DNA of 64,000 nucleotides from NCBI GenBank assembly GCA_964016885.1, contig OZ024743.1, positions 367,784,001 through 367,848,000 on the forward strand, written 5' to 3'. Position numbers and translations under genes: made by a program. The notes under the pieces are model-generated. The model saw only the letters and a program-made list of their open reading frames with translations, was not told the origin of the DNA and did not search any database. This document shows positions 51,331 to 64,000 of the stretch, piece by piece (the first letter of the stretch is position 1; each line of letters starts with the position of its first letter). The stretch is from Eledone cirrhosa (taxonomy: Eukaryota).

Positions 51331-52628
51331 ACCACTCAGACTGGGTTATAGTGACTGTTCCTCCTCCTCTCCCTTTCTTTCACCATTTGATCATTTTTTT
51401 TTTTATTTTTCTCCTTTTCATTTTCAGTTCTCTTCCCTTTAATGGTGTGTTTTGTTTTTATTAGATATTATTTTCTGAATAAATCCATTCTCTAGTTAGG
51501 CAGTGCTTATAACTTTTACACACCCTGCTATGTAGTTGAAGACAGGTTCACATGAAAAACATGAATGGAATGCTTGCAACATAGTGAACTTTGTTAAAAG
51601 AACCTAGAAACCAGGTGATGATTTTAACTTTTGATACCAACCTGCCTCAAACCACCTCTGGTTCTATGAAGCAGAACTATTAATTTTAAAGATACTTATT
51701 TACGTTAAAATCTTCGAAAATAACTGGATGTAAAAGCTAATGAAATAATACATTCCTTCAAATTCTTCACTAATTGATTCAACTGCAGCATATTTCTTAA
51801 GAAATACAATAAAGAAAGTGTAATCAGGCAGTATGTTAATACATATGAAATATAACAGTACTGAAAGTAATCAGGCAACCTATTTCTCTGGAGAACAAAT
51901 GCTTTGAATTCCTTAAATTACTTAATAATAGGTGAAGGTTCATGGTTTTCAGTTCAGTTCAAGGTGTTCAGTTCACATTTGTAAGGTTGTGAGTTTTAAT
52001 CCCGACAGCACATTGTGTCATTAAGCTAGATACTTTATTTCACATTACTCCTGTCCACTTAGCTTGCAAAAATAGGTTGTACCTGTAATTTTAAGAGCCA
52101 TCCTTGAACATATCTTTGAACAACTGGAATACTCTTCATTAGAACTGAGGGAGGTCCAACAACTTAATATTATATTGCCAAATTATTTTAATAACATTAT
52201 CTATGAAACAGTACTTTATCTCCATAAATGAACAAGAAAGCCTTTACAAGGCTACTTATTCTGTTCATCAAATCACTTAAAGAAAGACACCGGATAATGA
52301 GTCTGGAGTACACTATGCCATAAAAAAGGTAGGATCATCATAATTAGAATGCCTTAATCATAGGTCAACTAAATTATGACCTGCATCTGTAAGATGACCG
52401 CCTCTTTTAACCAGTTCTATGAGTGTGTCTACTGTAACTGTATCACCTTCACCATCAAATGATTATTCTATCATGTTATCATCTGGAAGGTGCATAGCCA
52501 AGTGGTTGGAGTGTTAGTTTTATAATTATAAGGTCATGGGTCTAATTCCCAGACTCTCTCCAAATTCTTCATTAATTAATTAAAATACAGTGTATGTCTC
52601 TCAGTAATCTACAGTGTATGTCCCTAAA

Positions 52629-52848
52629 CCCTTTAGCATTTACATTAATCTATATTACTATTATATTTTCATGGTAAAGTCTTTACCTGACGTAATTACC
52701 TCACATAATATCGAGTCTATGAGATTTTGATATTATTTATTTTGAAAACAATACATTAACATTAGTATGAATGGCCAGTTACAGCCAGTTTGAACAGAAA
52801 GAGGTGGGAGAAATCTGGCCTGATACGGCCGGTTTAAATACTAAAGGG
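52629..52848. mobile_element. piggyBac-type MITE
   Basis: CCCTTTAGCATTTA ... TAAATACTAAAGGG|TTAA; the left flank is TAAA. Confidence 0.82.
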
Positions 52849-52959
52849 TTAAAGACTACTGAGGGACATCCTGCTGGAGGTGAACTTGAAGGTAACCAAC
52901 CTAAGGTTTAGGAAGAAGCCAATGAAAATGTGGACCTACAGACGACAATATATCTTCCA

Positions 52960-53265
52960 AGGAAATGGAGAAACTTTCCAAGTATAAAGATCTAGAGATA
53001 GAAATAACTTGAATGTGGAAAATGAAAATTGAAACAATACCTATAATAATAGGGGCTCTAGGAATGTAAAAAAAAACACACAGACAAATACATAGCCAAA
53101 ACCGCAGGACTTAAATATATACAACATACAAAAAATAGCACTACTAGGCACTGCATACATATTACGAAAAGTACTATCAATACAATAGAAAGAACATCAG
53201 CAAAACCTACAGTGCTCATACTCAAGGCACACAGAGCTGTCCTTGGTAAAGCAGTAATGATGCGC
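52960..53265 (+). mobile_element. R4/Dong-like RLE C-terminal fragment
   Basis: SKYKDLEIEIT*MWKMKIETIPIIIGALG. Confidence 0.65.
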
Positions 53266-53270
53266 AATAA

Positions 53271-53455
53271 AAATAATTGTTTCTACTTTAGGCACAAGGC
53301 CAGCAATTACCCAGTGCATTACTGGTACTTTATTTTATCGACCCCGTAAGGATGAAAGGCAAAGTCAACCTCGGCGGGATTTGAACTTAGAATGGCAAGG
53401 GCCGTAACTCTATGCGTCAAAGCATGGCGTCCGACCCTCTACCGATACTGCCAAT
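53271..53455 (-). mobile_element. SINE S1
   Basis: Reverse complement of the S1 sequence. Confidence 0.88.
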
Positions 53456-53917
53456 GAAAATGATAATAATAAACTGATCTCATGCTTGATACCTAGGTTG
53501 GACAGATTAAGGAAACTGTTGCAACTGATGCTGCTAAGCACATAAAATTAATGGTAAAAGCAAAAGGGCAAGAGCAATTAGCATCAAAGTAGGAGCAGAA
53601 ACCTCTGCATGGCAAATATGTGGTCCATAACGAACAAGCTGATGTTGACCACACCGATCAGCGGCTATGTAGCTCAGGGCTAGAAGGAGAGAGAGTGAAG
53701 GCTTCATCTTACCGAAGATCAAAGCTTACTGACACTGTATGTATGTGTATATATGTGCATGGGTATGTGTATGTATTTGTATCTATGTGTGTATGTTTGT
53801 GTGTGTATGTGTATGTGTGTATGTGTCTGTGTGTGTATGTGCATGTGTGTGTGCATGTGTATATATGTGTATGTATGTGTATGTTTGCGTGAGTATATAT
53901 GAATGCGTACATATGTG

Positions 53918-53954
<37 letters not shown>

Positions 53955-54584
53955 TTAGAAAGTAAAGAGGCACAAACAAGAGATGGACATTTCCCCTTCA
54001 TCAGTTGTCTACTACGGGTCACAGATGTTTTAGCACATTATAGACAATACATCTATCCGTATCACGCCCATAGCTTTTTAGCTATAAGGGAAAGAAGCGA
54101 TAGTGAAGAGAGAGAACGAGAGAAAAAGAGAGAAAAAAAAGGAAAAAAAAGGACGAAAACATACCGATAGAAGGGGGAAACACAGGACAATGGCACATGT
54201 AAGTAAGTAACAGAGAAGAGAGAGAGGATGAAGTTAAAAAAGGCAGTTGGGTTTAAGCCCAGGGGCCCTATTAATAGTGGAGAGATGAGAGAAACACATT
54301 TATTCTCAGTGAAAGCCAGTACAAAGAGAGAGAGAGATGGAGGAAATGGAAGTGGTAAGGGAGCAGAGAGAGAGAGAGAGAGACAGAGGGGATGAGTAAG
54401 AGGGATATATATATTTTTTATTTTTCTATTTTTTATTTTTTATTTTTTATTTTTGATCATTTTATTTTAAGCTGTAAACTATAATCAATGTGGTGTGTTA
54501 ACTGTCTTACCAATGTATACAGTTAGTTTATTTGCCCTAGGAAAAGGAATGGCAATAATAATAATAATAATAATAATAATAAGT

Positions 54585-57545
54585 CATCCCATACCTTGAG
54601 GCGAGGAACCTTCACCAATGCAACAATATCCTCAAAGCAACAGCAAATGTGGTGAGGAAATTACTTGGCATAAAAACGAGAGGAAACAACAAACAAGAAA
54701 TATCAGAACCTTGGTGGAAGAAATGACTGAATGGTCAAATCAAGGAAATGAGAAAAGACATTGGAAAGCTTGAGTCTTTACTGAATGGGACACTACAAAA
54801 CATAGACACTAAAGATAGATTGGAAATAAAATACAAAACTAGGGGGAAAGAGCTAAATATTATCATAGAGGAACTGAAGCAACGTATTGTAGCAAAGAGT
54901 GCAAAGATTAGGCGGTATGAGAGCAGAGTCAGTCAGTATAGACAGAACCGCATGTTTGACAACAACCAGAAGATGTTTGGACAGCTTGAAGGGAAAGAAA
55001 GAGGCAACGACTTGATCCCTGATGCAGAACAGACTGGAGAGGAATATGGGAGCAGGATGTTGAACATAATAGTCAGGCAGTGTGGATTGAGACAGTTCAA
55101 AAGGAGATTAGTGGACAAGCACACCAACAAACTGATTTGAGTTTCACAGTTGAAACTCTTAAAGGGCAAGCCAAAAAACTAACCAACTGGAAATCACCAG
55201 GCCCAGATGGTGTACAAGGGTATTGGATTAAAAATATAACATCCCTCCACCCAAAACTGACAACCATGTTCAATGACTGCTAGATGTCAGGTGAAGTACC
55301 AGAGTGGTTGACAAAAGATACCACAGTTCTGGTAATGAAAGACCGAATCAAGGGTAATGATGTTACCAACTATAGACCTATCACATGTCTGTCCATCCAT
55401 AATATGGAAACTGTTAACAAGCATTGTGTCTGAGGAAATCTACTATCACCTCCACATAAACAACTTGTTACCGGACGAACAGAAAGGATGCCGAAAGAAG
55501 TCCCGTGGTACAAAAGACCAGTTACTTATTGATAAGATGGTAATGAGGAATTGCAAGAGGAGGCACACTAGTCTTGCCATGGGATGGATAGATTACAAAA
55601 AGACATTCGACATGGTACCTCATTCTTGGATAACCAAAAGCCTAGAGATCTTCAAGGTGGCAGATAACATCAGACAGTTGTTGGGCAAAAGTATGAAGCC
55701 CTGGGAAACAGAGTTAACATCGGGTGGAGAATAGTTGGGAGGAGTGAAGATCAAGAGAGGTATCTTCCAGGGAGATAGTTTGTCCACTCTGCTGTTTGTC
55801 CTTGCCCTCATACCCTTGTCCGTTATATTGCGAAAAGCGAGAGCAGGATACAAGTTGGGAAGAGGAGAGCTTACCATCAACCACCTCCTCTTCATGGACG
55901 ATCTTAAACTCTTTGGGTGAGAAGGAGTTGGATGTACTTGTTGACACTGTCTGTATATTCAGCAATGATATATGTATGGAATTTGGTATTAATAAGTGTG
56001 GAGTCCTAATGATGAGGAGGGGTAAATTGAGCAGAAGCAATGGAATTCAGGTACCAACAGGTGAGATGATAAAGGAAATTGACACTGAAGAAGGATACAA
56101 ATATTCAGGTGTTCTGGAGGCAGATGACATCAAGAACAAAAAAATGAAGGAATTGATAAGATCTGAGTACATAAGGAGAGTAAGGAACATATTAAAATCA
56201 CATCTAAATAGTAGGAATGTAATAAGTGCAGTAAATTCCCGAGCTGTGTGGTGGATTGGCAGTATCGGTAGAGGGTTGGACGCCATGCTTTGCAGCAAAG
56301 AGTTACGGCCCTTTATGGTCTGAGTTCAAATCCCGCCGAGGTTAACTTTGCCTTTCATCCTTACGGGGTCGATAAAATAAAGTACCAGTAATACACTGGG
56401 ATAATTGCTGGCCTTGTGCCAAAAGTAGAAATAATTATTAGGTACAGTGCAGGAATTCTGAAATGGAATGTTGCTGCACAAAAAGAAATGGATAGGAAGA
56501 CTAGGAAGCTAATGACTATCTACAACATGTTCCACAAGAGGAGTGATGTTGATAGACTCTACTTAAAGAGATCTGAAGGTGGAAGAGGTCTTATGAGCAT
56601 AGAGGACTGTGTTCAGATGGAGAAAAACAGTCTGCACAAATATGTGTCTGAGAGTAGGGAGCCAATGCTCAAAGTAGTACTGAAGGAGAAGACAATAGAC
56701 CAGGGGATGTCCAAGGAGGAAGAGCAACCTTCATGAAAAATCCCTTCATAGCACCTTCTTTAAGAAAATGGAATTCAGGGATCCACAGACATGGAACTGG
56801 TTAAAAAGAGGAGACCTTAAAACAGCTACAGAAGGAATGGTAATGGCTGCGCAAGAGCAAGCCCTCAGAACGAAATGGGTGAAACACCATATTGACAAGG
56901 AGGAGGCTAGCTCACTGTGTAGGATCTGTGGAGAGAGAGAGGAGACTGTGGCTCACATTGTATCCGAGTGTAAACACCTAGCCCAGACTCACTATAAAGG
57001 CTGGAGACATGATGTGATAGGCAGGGTGATCCACTGGCATCTATGCAAAGTAAACAATTTACCACATTCCGAGAAGTGGTATGAGCATAAGCCAGAGTTG
57101 GTGATAGGAAATGATCAAGTGAGGGTGCTGTGGGATTTTAGGATACAGACGGACAAGAAATTAGAACACAATAGGCCTGACCTGGTGGTTTTGGACAAGG
57201 AAAAAAAAGATTGTGCTTGATTGTAGATGTAGCCTGCCCATTTGACACAAGAGTTCAAGAAAAGGAGAGGGAGAAAATTAACCGATACCAGGATTTAAAG
57301 TGGGAGTTAAAAAGGATTTGGAACTGCCATGAAATCAAGGTCGTCCCAATTGTCATAGGCGCACTAGGTACTATCTCAAAGAGTTTTCAAGGATGGTTAA
57401 AGAAGATTAGTCTAGCCCCACTTTTTGGAACACTTCAAAAGGCATGCTTGCTGGGAACAGCAAGAACTCTCCGATATGTCCTGAATGTCTGAGGCTGCAG
57501 GTAGCGACTTGATATTCATTTCAACAAACTTTCCAGTTAAATAAT
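54585..57545 (+). mobile_element. Decayed R4/Dong-like RLE non-LTR retrotransposon
   Basis: NWKSPGPDG, EQKGC, DYKKTFD, GIFQGDSLS, HLLFMDDLKLFG, CRICGEREETVAHIVSEC, RPDLVV..DVACP..KEREK and VVPIVIGALG. Starts after (AAT)n; several frameshifts. Confidence 0.88.
56251..56439 (+). mobile_element. SINE S1 nested in the Dong-like ORF
   Basis: Splits AVNSRAV..IIRYSAGIL. Confidence 0.88.
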
Positions 57546-58570
57546 ATCAATGACTGAGATTCAAAGAACACTAATACACAAGATTAACATAGCTCTCAAA
57601 AACATTATCATCACAAATAAACTAAACATTACTGATTTAAATCATCTCTATTATGCATCGGCTAAAGTCAGAACTCACTTTTGTGGAGTGAACATGAAAA
57701 AACAAAGGAATTCCCACAAAAAACCTACTTGGCAAGAGAACATCAATCGCCAAATAAACCTTCTCCGATCTGACATAGAAATTTTAGCAAACTACAAAGT
57801 TAATGAAGATGTTAAACAAACTAAACTCAGAAAATTGAAAAGAAAATACAGTATAAAATCAACAAGTGACATAGACATGCTGATAGAAACAATCAAGCAA
57901 AAAGTGTCGGCCAAAGCTGAAAAACGCTCTAGATTCTATAAGGACAATAATATGTTCAAAAACAACCAAAAAAACTTCTACAGAAAAATTGGCAAGTCAA
58001 CAATAACTGCTAAATCAATACCACCCAAGGAGGAAGTGCAAGAATTCTGGGAAAAGATCTGGGCCGAAGAAAAAGTTCATAATATACATGCCCCATGGAT
58101 AGACAGACAAGTGAAAGATACAGCTCACCTTGAGGAACAAACATGGGAAAATATAACAGTTGAACATCTGTGTTTAGCTCTTAGAAAATCCAGCAAATGG
58201 AAATCCCCAGGGAAAGACAAAATACCAAATTTTTGGATAAATGCCTTCACAGAGTCTCATGAGCTGTTAGCCCAACTTTACAATGAAATGGTTAAGGAGC
58301 CAGAAAAGATACCATCATGGCTAGTTAACGGCATTACATTCCTAAGAATGATGAGATAATCCTCAAAATTACAGAATGATAATCCCCAAAATTACAGACT
58401 GATAACTTGCTTGACCACAATGTATAAAATTTTAATATCAGTCCTAACTGAATATACATATGATCACCTGATAACAAATGATCTATTTCCCAATGAGCAG
58501 AAAGGGTGTAAACGAGGCTCATATGGCTGTAAGGATCAGCTTTTGGTTAACAAAATGATACTGGAAGATT
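57546..58570 (+). mobile_element. Second R4/Dong-like fragment (pre-RT region and RT start)
   Basis: ORF 57550-58359 gives F..NQK.FY, EFWEKIW and KWKSPGKDKIPNFW, then NYRLITC and EQKGCKRGSYGCKDQL. Confidence 0.8.
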
Positions 58571-58598
58571 AAGCCATGTGCCTCCTTCTATATATTAT

Positions 58599-58720
58599 AT
58601 ATTGTCAATTACGATTTTATTTGATGTATCATATCTACATGTATATATACCTGCATATAATATCAATATACACACTATAAATGCGAGCAGAAACCACCCG
58701 AAGGGTGGTTTTTCTGCTAG
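58599..58720 (+). mobile_element. Helitron 3' end, same family as 9304-9774
   Basis: Reverse-complement match to 9304-9425; hairpin then CTAG|T. Confidence 0.75.
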
Positions 58721-58727
58721 TAATAAT

Positions 58728-58826
58728 AATAATTGTTTCTACTTTTGGCACAAGGCCAGCAATTACCCAGTGCATTACTGGTACTTTATTCTATCGACCC
58801 CGGAAGGATGAAAGGTAAAGTTAACC
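58728..58826 (-). mobile_element. 5'-truncated SINE S1
   Basis: Tail and core only. Confidence 0.8.
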
Positions 58827-58833
58827 AGTACAT

Positions 58834-59189
58834 TAATAATAATGATTTCATTTATTGGCCACAAGGGCCGACATGTAGGGGACAATACAAAGACACGGAC
58901 AGTGGGGGTTTACAATAAGCTCAAGTAAAAGTGCACAATAGCAAGACTAATTTAACAATGAAGATATAAAAGAAACTATGCAAAAACATAACAAAATAAA
59001 TTCCCCAATAAGGGGGATGAACAACCCAGGGGGGACTCAGTTACCTCACCAATTCTGAACCACCTGATGCTTCTAGGGCACCACTCTCCTTCTCATATTA
59101 ACCAGCCTACAAGCACATGGTCAGTGTAGGCCCATTCACACGGGCCATTTTCACCATATTCATCCACCTTTTAGCAAATGTACTGGGGA
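58834..59189 (-). mobile_element. L1/Tx1-like LINE 3' end
   Basis: Minus frame PSTFAKRWMNMVKMARVNGPTLTMCL*, then a 3' UTR ending ggcccttgtggccaataaatgaaatc(att)n. Clade assignment rests on a short motif. Confidence 0.5.
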
Positions 59190-59929
59190 ATAATAATATA
59201 TTAAGCAGCAACAGCAATATGTACATCTAGGATAGGATTCGCTCCTGTAAGTTTGATGATTTCCACGTGTTTAAGACGCTTGTTTGGTATAATTTCTGTT
59301 ACAATGGTGACATAAGACAGTAACCTTTGTCTTCAAGAAATGAGAGTCTATGATAGTTGGGCCTTTGGCCTAAATGTTTAATTTTATATTCTAAACTTGC
59401 ATCCCAACAAAAGATTTTTACAAATGGAGGCAACCTCCATTATCCACTTCCACTGAACAGAACAGCCAAAAAATGCCACCAAAACTACTAACATCACAAC
59501 ACCACCATAAGCAACAACAACAAAAACAAAATACAAAACTATAATAATATGATATGTATCGGCATTGAGTTTATGTTCAATTTTTCTTCTCATTCCGTTC
59601 ACATATTTCATTCCATCGTTTGGATAGGATGATTCCCTTGATGACCAGAAATAATTTTTTTAAGAGAGGGATCGCACAAAGAACTTTTTCAAATTTCCAA
59701 ACTCATAATTTCTCATAAGCAGATGATTTTTTAAAATGGCGAAGAGAAAGAACTCTACTATAAATAGTATCACTGCCTATACCCGCTTTCTGTTAACAGA
59801 AGAAACATGATGTTAACCTTGAAAACTAACCTTATTTACATCAAAGTTACAGGCTGTAGAAATCAACTAACCCTATGTCCATCAAAGTTACTGAGAAGGA
59901 GAGGGAAGACAACAGCCAAAGAGTTGATG

Positions 59930-60885
59930 ATAGAAGGTGCTGTGGAACTTCAGGATACACACGGACAAAGAATTAAATTACAATAGGCCTGACATGATTC
60001 CACACTCTTGGATTATGGAATGCGTTAACTTATTTGGTATTGCATCAAATGTTGAGCAATTCTTAAGGAAAAGAATGAAAGAGTTGAAGACTGAACTGAC
60101 AGCATATGGGAGAAATTTAGGAACAATAGAAATCAAGAGATCTATATTCCAAGGGGACAGCCTGTCACCACTGATGTTTGTACTGTGCATGATAACACTG
60201 ACAGTGATTTTGAGAAAAGCTAAGGTTTGGTAAGAATTCAAAGGTCACCAGCAAAAATGTCAACCACTTATTATTCATGGATGACCTCAAGCTTTATGGT
60301 AAGAATGAATCCTGGCTTGATTCCCTCATTGATACGATGTATACATTTAGTGCTGATATAAGAAGGGTGTTCGGATTAAAAAAGTGTGGTGATTAATCTT
60401 GAACAGAGGCAAAATTAAAAGCATTGAGGTGTTGCTGCTGCCACCAGGAAAGGTTATGAAGCAAATAGAAGTAGTTAGGGATATTGGAAGTTAAGATAAT
60501 GTAGGAGGAAATGAAAGAAACATTTAGGGTGGAATACATGCACACACCGAAACTTATTCTCAAGTCGAAACTGAATGGACAGAATAAGATGGAAGCTATC
60601 AATACATGGGTGATATCACTCTTTAGATATGGGTGGGGTGATCACACGGAAAGTGGAAGAACTAAACAGTTTAGACTGAAAGACAAGAAAAATATTGACT
60701 AGATATGGGGTATTTCACCCAAAGAGTGACACAGAAAGATTATATGTACGAAGAAAAAGAGAAGGAAGAGGACTGATAGGGTGTAAAAATAGCATTAGAA
60801 CAGAAGAAAATAACATGGTGTGGTACATAAAAAATTCCACAGAACTGCTGTTGCCAAAAGTAAGAAGGTCAGGTATGTGCAAAAT
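59930..60885 (+). mobile_element. Third decayed R4/Dong-like fragment
   Basis: PHSWI, IFQGDSLSPL, HLLFMDDLKLYG, SKLNGQNKMEAINTW and FHPKSDTERLYVRRKREGRGL. Confidence 0.8.
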
Positions 60886-60986
60886 AGATTTCCTTCTGAA
60901 TAGTATGCTAGTGTGGACTCGAGCAATTTATTCCTTGGAAAAGTAGAAATAAATGGGGGTGTCACCTAGGTGACTCATTTTCACCA

Positions 60987-61173
60987 GTGGATTGGCAGTA
61001 TCAGTAGAGGGTCGGACGCCATGCTTTGACGCATAGAGTTACGCTCCTTTCCATTCTGAGTTCAAATCGCGCCGAGGTTAACTTTGCCTTTCATCCTTAT
61101 GGGGTCGATAAAATAAAGTACCAGTAATGTACTGGGTAATTGCTGGCCTTGTGCCAAATTAGAAACAATTATT
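60987..61173 (+). mobile_element. SINE S1
   Basis: Same boxes, core and tail. Confidence 0.87.
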
Positions 61174-61174
61174 T

Positions 61175-63540
61175 GTCATAGGATTTATACTGACACTTAG
61201 GAAAGTTAAAGTGGGTTACCAATGTGGAAAGAAAGGACCATTCATAAACCATCTTCTGTTTATGAATGACCTGAAACTGTTTGGGAAGTCTGAAAACCAT
61301 ATAGATTCTTTGGTTAAAACAGTTCAGATATGTGCTTGTGACATTAATATGGAATTTAGGATTCTGTGCTTAATATGAAAAGAAGGAAGAAAGCAGCCTT
61401 TAGTGGATTATGGCTGTTATCAAGAGAAACCATAAGGGACCTGGAAGGTAGTGGATACAAGTATTTGGGTATTTTAGGACTGGATGATATTTTATATGCT
61501 GAAATGAAAGAAAAGGTTCAAGAAACATATTTAAAAAGAGTACAAATGGTTTGAAATCTAACCTGAATATGAGAAATCTGGTCACTACAATGAATATTTG
61601 GGCACTTGCAGTGGATAGATATAGTGCTTACATTCTTTGATGGACCAGGTCATGAAAGTAACAGAAAGAGTTATAGCACAGCTGATTAGGGACCGGGTGA
61701 ATATAGACGAGATGCAATTTGGGTTTGTACCAGGGAAAGGCACCACTGATGCCCTCTTCCTTGTGAGGCAATTACAGGAAAAGTACCTAGCTAAAAGTAA
61801 GCCACTCTACTTGGCATTTGTCGACCTTGAGAAAGCCTTTGACAGAGTTCCACGTGCAGTAATCTGGTGGGCTCTTAGAAAACTAGGAGTAGATGAATGG
61901 CTTGTGAAAGCGGTACAAGCCATGTATAGGGGAGCAGTCAGCAAAGTTAGGATTGGCAATGAGTATAGCGAGGAATTTAGCGTACAGGTTGGGGTCCACC
62001 AGGGCTCTGTTCTTAGCCCTCTCCTGTTCATCATAGTCCTGCAGGCAATAACGGAGGAGTTTAAGACCGGATGCCCATGGGAACTCCTGTATGCTGATGA
62101 CCTCGCACTCATAGCTGAATCTATGGTAGAACTAGAGAATAAATTCCAAACCTGGAAGCAGGGACTAGAGAGAAAGGGCCTCAAAGTCAACATGACAAAG
62201 ACTAAGGTCCTTATAAGTAGACGAGAAAACAGAACCCAGATCCCCTCAGGGAAATGGCCTTGCTCAGTATGTAGGAAAGGTGTAGGTAGGAACTCCATTC
62301 TCTGCCACAAATGCAAACAATGGGTACACAAGAGATGTAGCGGGATCTCAGGAAGCTTAATTAAGAATGTAGGATTCACATGCAGCAGCTGTGCTGAAAC
62401 AGCAAGCAAACAGCCACAGGACACAAGTACCACCAATCTCTGGGAGGGCCCTGTAGAAACAGTAGACAGCTTCTGCTACCTAGGTGACCGAATTAGCAAC
62501 GGAGGTGGGTGCTCAGAAAGTACAATAACTAGGGTAAGAACGGGATAGAAGAAGTTTAGGGAACTACTACCACTGCTAGCTGCAAAAGGCTTCTCCCTCA
62601 GAATGAAAGGCAGACTGTATGATGCGTGTATCCGAACAGCGATGTTGCATGGTAATGAGACCTGGGCGCTGAAGGTGGAAGACTTACGTAGATTAGAGAG
62701 AAACGAAGCCTGCATGCTCCGATGGATGTGTAACAGTAATATACGTGAACGACAAAGCATAAAGGAATTGAGAGAGAGACTGAGCATAAGAGGAATCAAA
62801 TGCTGCGTGCAGGAGAGGCGGTTACGCTGGTATGGACATGTGATGCGTATGAAGGATGACAGCTGCATAAAAAGGTGCAGAGCACTAGAAGTTGATGGAA
62901 ACCGCGGAGTGGGGAGACCCAAGATGACTTGGGATGAGGTGATAAAAGCCGACCTTACCCATCTACACCTCTCAAAGTCAATGACACACGACCGTGACTT
63001 CTGGCGTCACGCAGTAATACAGGGTACCCGACCTCCCATGGGTACATGCTGAAGCATATAAACAATATGCCCCCCCCCCCCACCGCAAGGTGGTCGTGGA
63101 GGTGCCACGGCAAAAAAGCACCCAGCCCACACTGTAAAGTGGACGTGTAGGCGCCACGAAAAAGCACCCAGCACTCACTGTAAATGAAGTTGGTGTTAGG
63201 AAGGGCATCCAGCTGTAGAAATCAAGCCAGATCAGTTCCTGTATGAGCAAGGCATGGTCAGCCGACCAGACACTGCCCACAACAGGACAACCCGTCTAAC
63301 CCATGCTAGCGTGGAAGAACGGACGTAAAACGGTGATGATGATGATGATGATGATGATTCTAAGGTGGACTGAAGAAGAAATATCCAAGTTGGATAGAAA
63401 GATGAGAAAGTTAATGACATTGTATAGAGATTTACACCCTAAAGCAAATATAGATTGTACATGAAGAGAAAGAATGATGGTAGAGGTCTCAGTGTTGACT
63501 ATTGTATAAGAAGTGAAAGGAGAATGCTTGCAGAATCTAT
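61175..63540 (+). mobile_element. Fourth R4/Dong-like fragment (61175-61636 plus 63362-63540), split by an RTE
   Basis: HLLFMNDLKLFG and YKYLGIL. The frame RYSAYIL|RWTEEEISKLDRKMRKLMT rejoins across the RTE. Confidence 0.8.
61637..63356 (+). mobile_element. 5'-truncated young RTE subfamily A copy with 5-bp TSD
   Basis: Nearly identical to the 3' half of the 17-kb copy, with one TGG>TAG at 62546. ATTCT at 61632-61636 and 63357-63361. Confidence 0.93.
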
Positions 63541-63760
63541 AATATTATAAAGCTGAGTGCCGTGTGTATGTATTATGTATGTATCCTACACACCTCCCTA
63601 TAGTTTCTTAGCTTTACTCTCTCCGTCGCTCGTCCCTCTCTCTATAATAGATCATTCCCTCTCTCTATAATTTAACTGCTTTACTCTCTGTCTCTCTTCA
63701 CTCTCTATATGACAACACTCTTTTACTTTCCGTATCTACCTTCAATATATCAATATATAC

Positions 63761-64000
63761 CCAGGTTCTGCTGCACATTGGGCTGAGGGGACCAAACTCC
63801 TCAAATACTGGTCGCTCTCCGACAGGTTTGCGGTCGTACCCCTGGCAGTGGAGACTTCTGGTGTCCTCGGCCCCAGGGCTACCTCCTTGCTCACCACCAT
63901 AGGCGCTGAGGTGACCTGCCACAGATGTGAGTCCCGCGAGTTGGAGTGGCTTTTCCAGTGCGTCTCCCTTGCCGTCCTCCAGGGAAACGCATTCTCCATT
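63761..64000 (+). mobile_element. CRE-like RLE C-terminal fragment, running off the window
   Basis: Plus frame AEGTKLLKYWSLSDRFAVVPLAVETSGVLGPRATSLL..EWLFQCVSLAVLQGNAF. Confidence 0.7.

Noticed and set aside
60961-60974. 14-bp palindrome gtcacctaggtgac
   Set aside because: Single short occurrence with no supporting context.
63742-63999. 85-aa minus-strand ORF
   Set aside because: The meaningful frame is the plus-strand CRE-like C-terminus.

Overview
AT-rich, microsatellite-dense eukaryotic DNA made almost entirely of transposable elements. I recognise no host protein-coding exon, so it is intergenic or intronic. The repeat types suggest an octopus-like cephalopod (inference). Contents: (i) a young RTE-clade LINE family with one uninterrupted 1039-aa APE+RT ORF (17029-20148), two very similar copies carrying nonsense codons, and several older subfamilies. 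These RTEs carry a C4HC3 PHD-type finger inside the RT domain and sit mostly in (TA)n tracts. (ii) A decayed cluster of R4/Dong-like restriction-like-endonuclease (RLE) LINEs at (TAA)n. (iii) Three CRE-like RLE fragments. (iv) Two Penelope-like remnants, plus a dispersed set of short elements with minimal hammerhead-ribozyme cores on long stems of differing sequence. (v) A full-length Charlie/Buster hAT transposon with TIRs and an 8-bp TSD. (vi) piggyBac-type MITEs and non-autonomous Helitron-like elements. (vii) About a dozen copies of a tRNA-derived SINE whose 3' tail resembles a Tx1-like LINE end in the same window. All alignments were done by eye, and boundaries of decayed elements are approximate.
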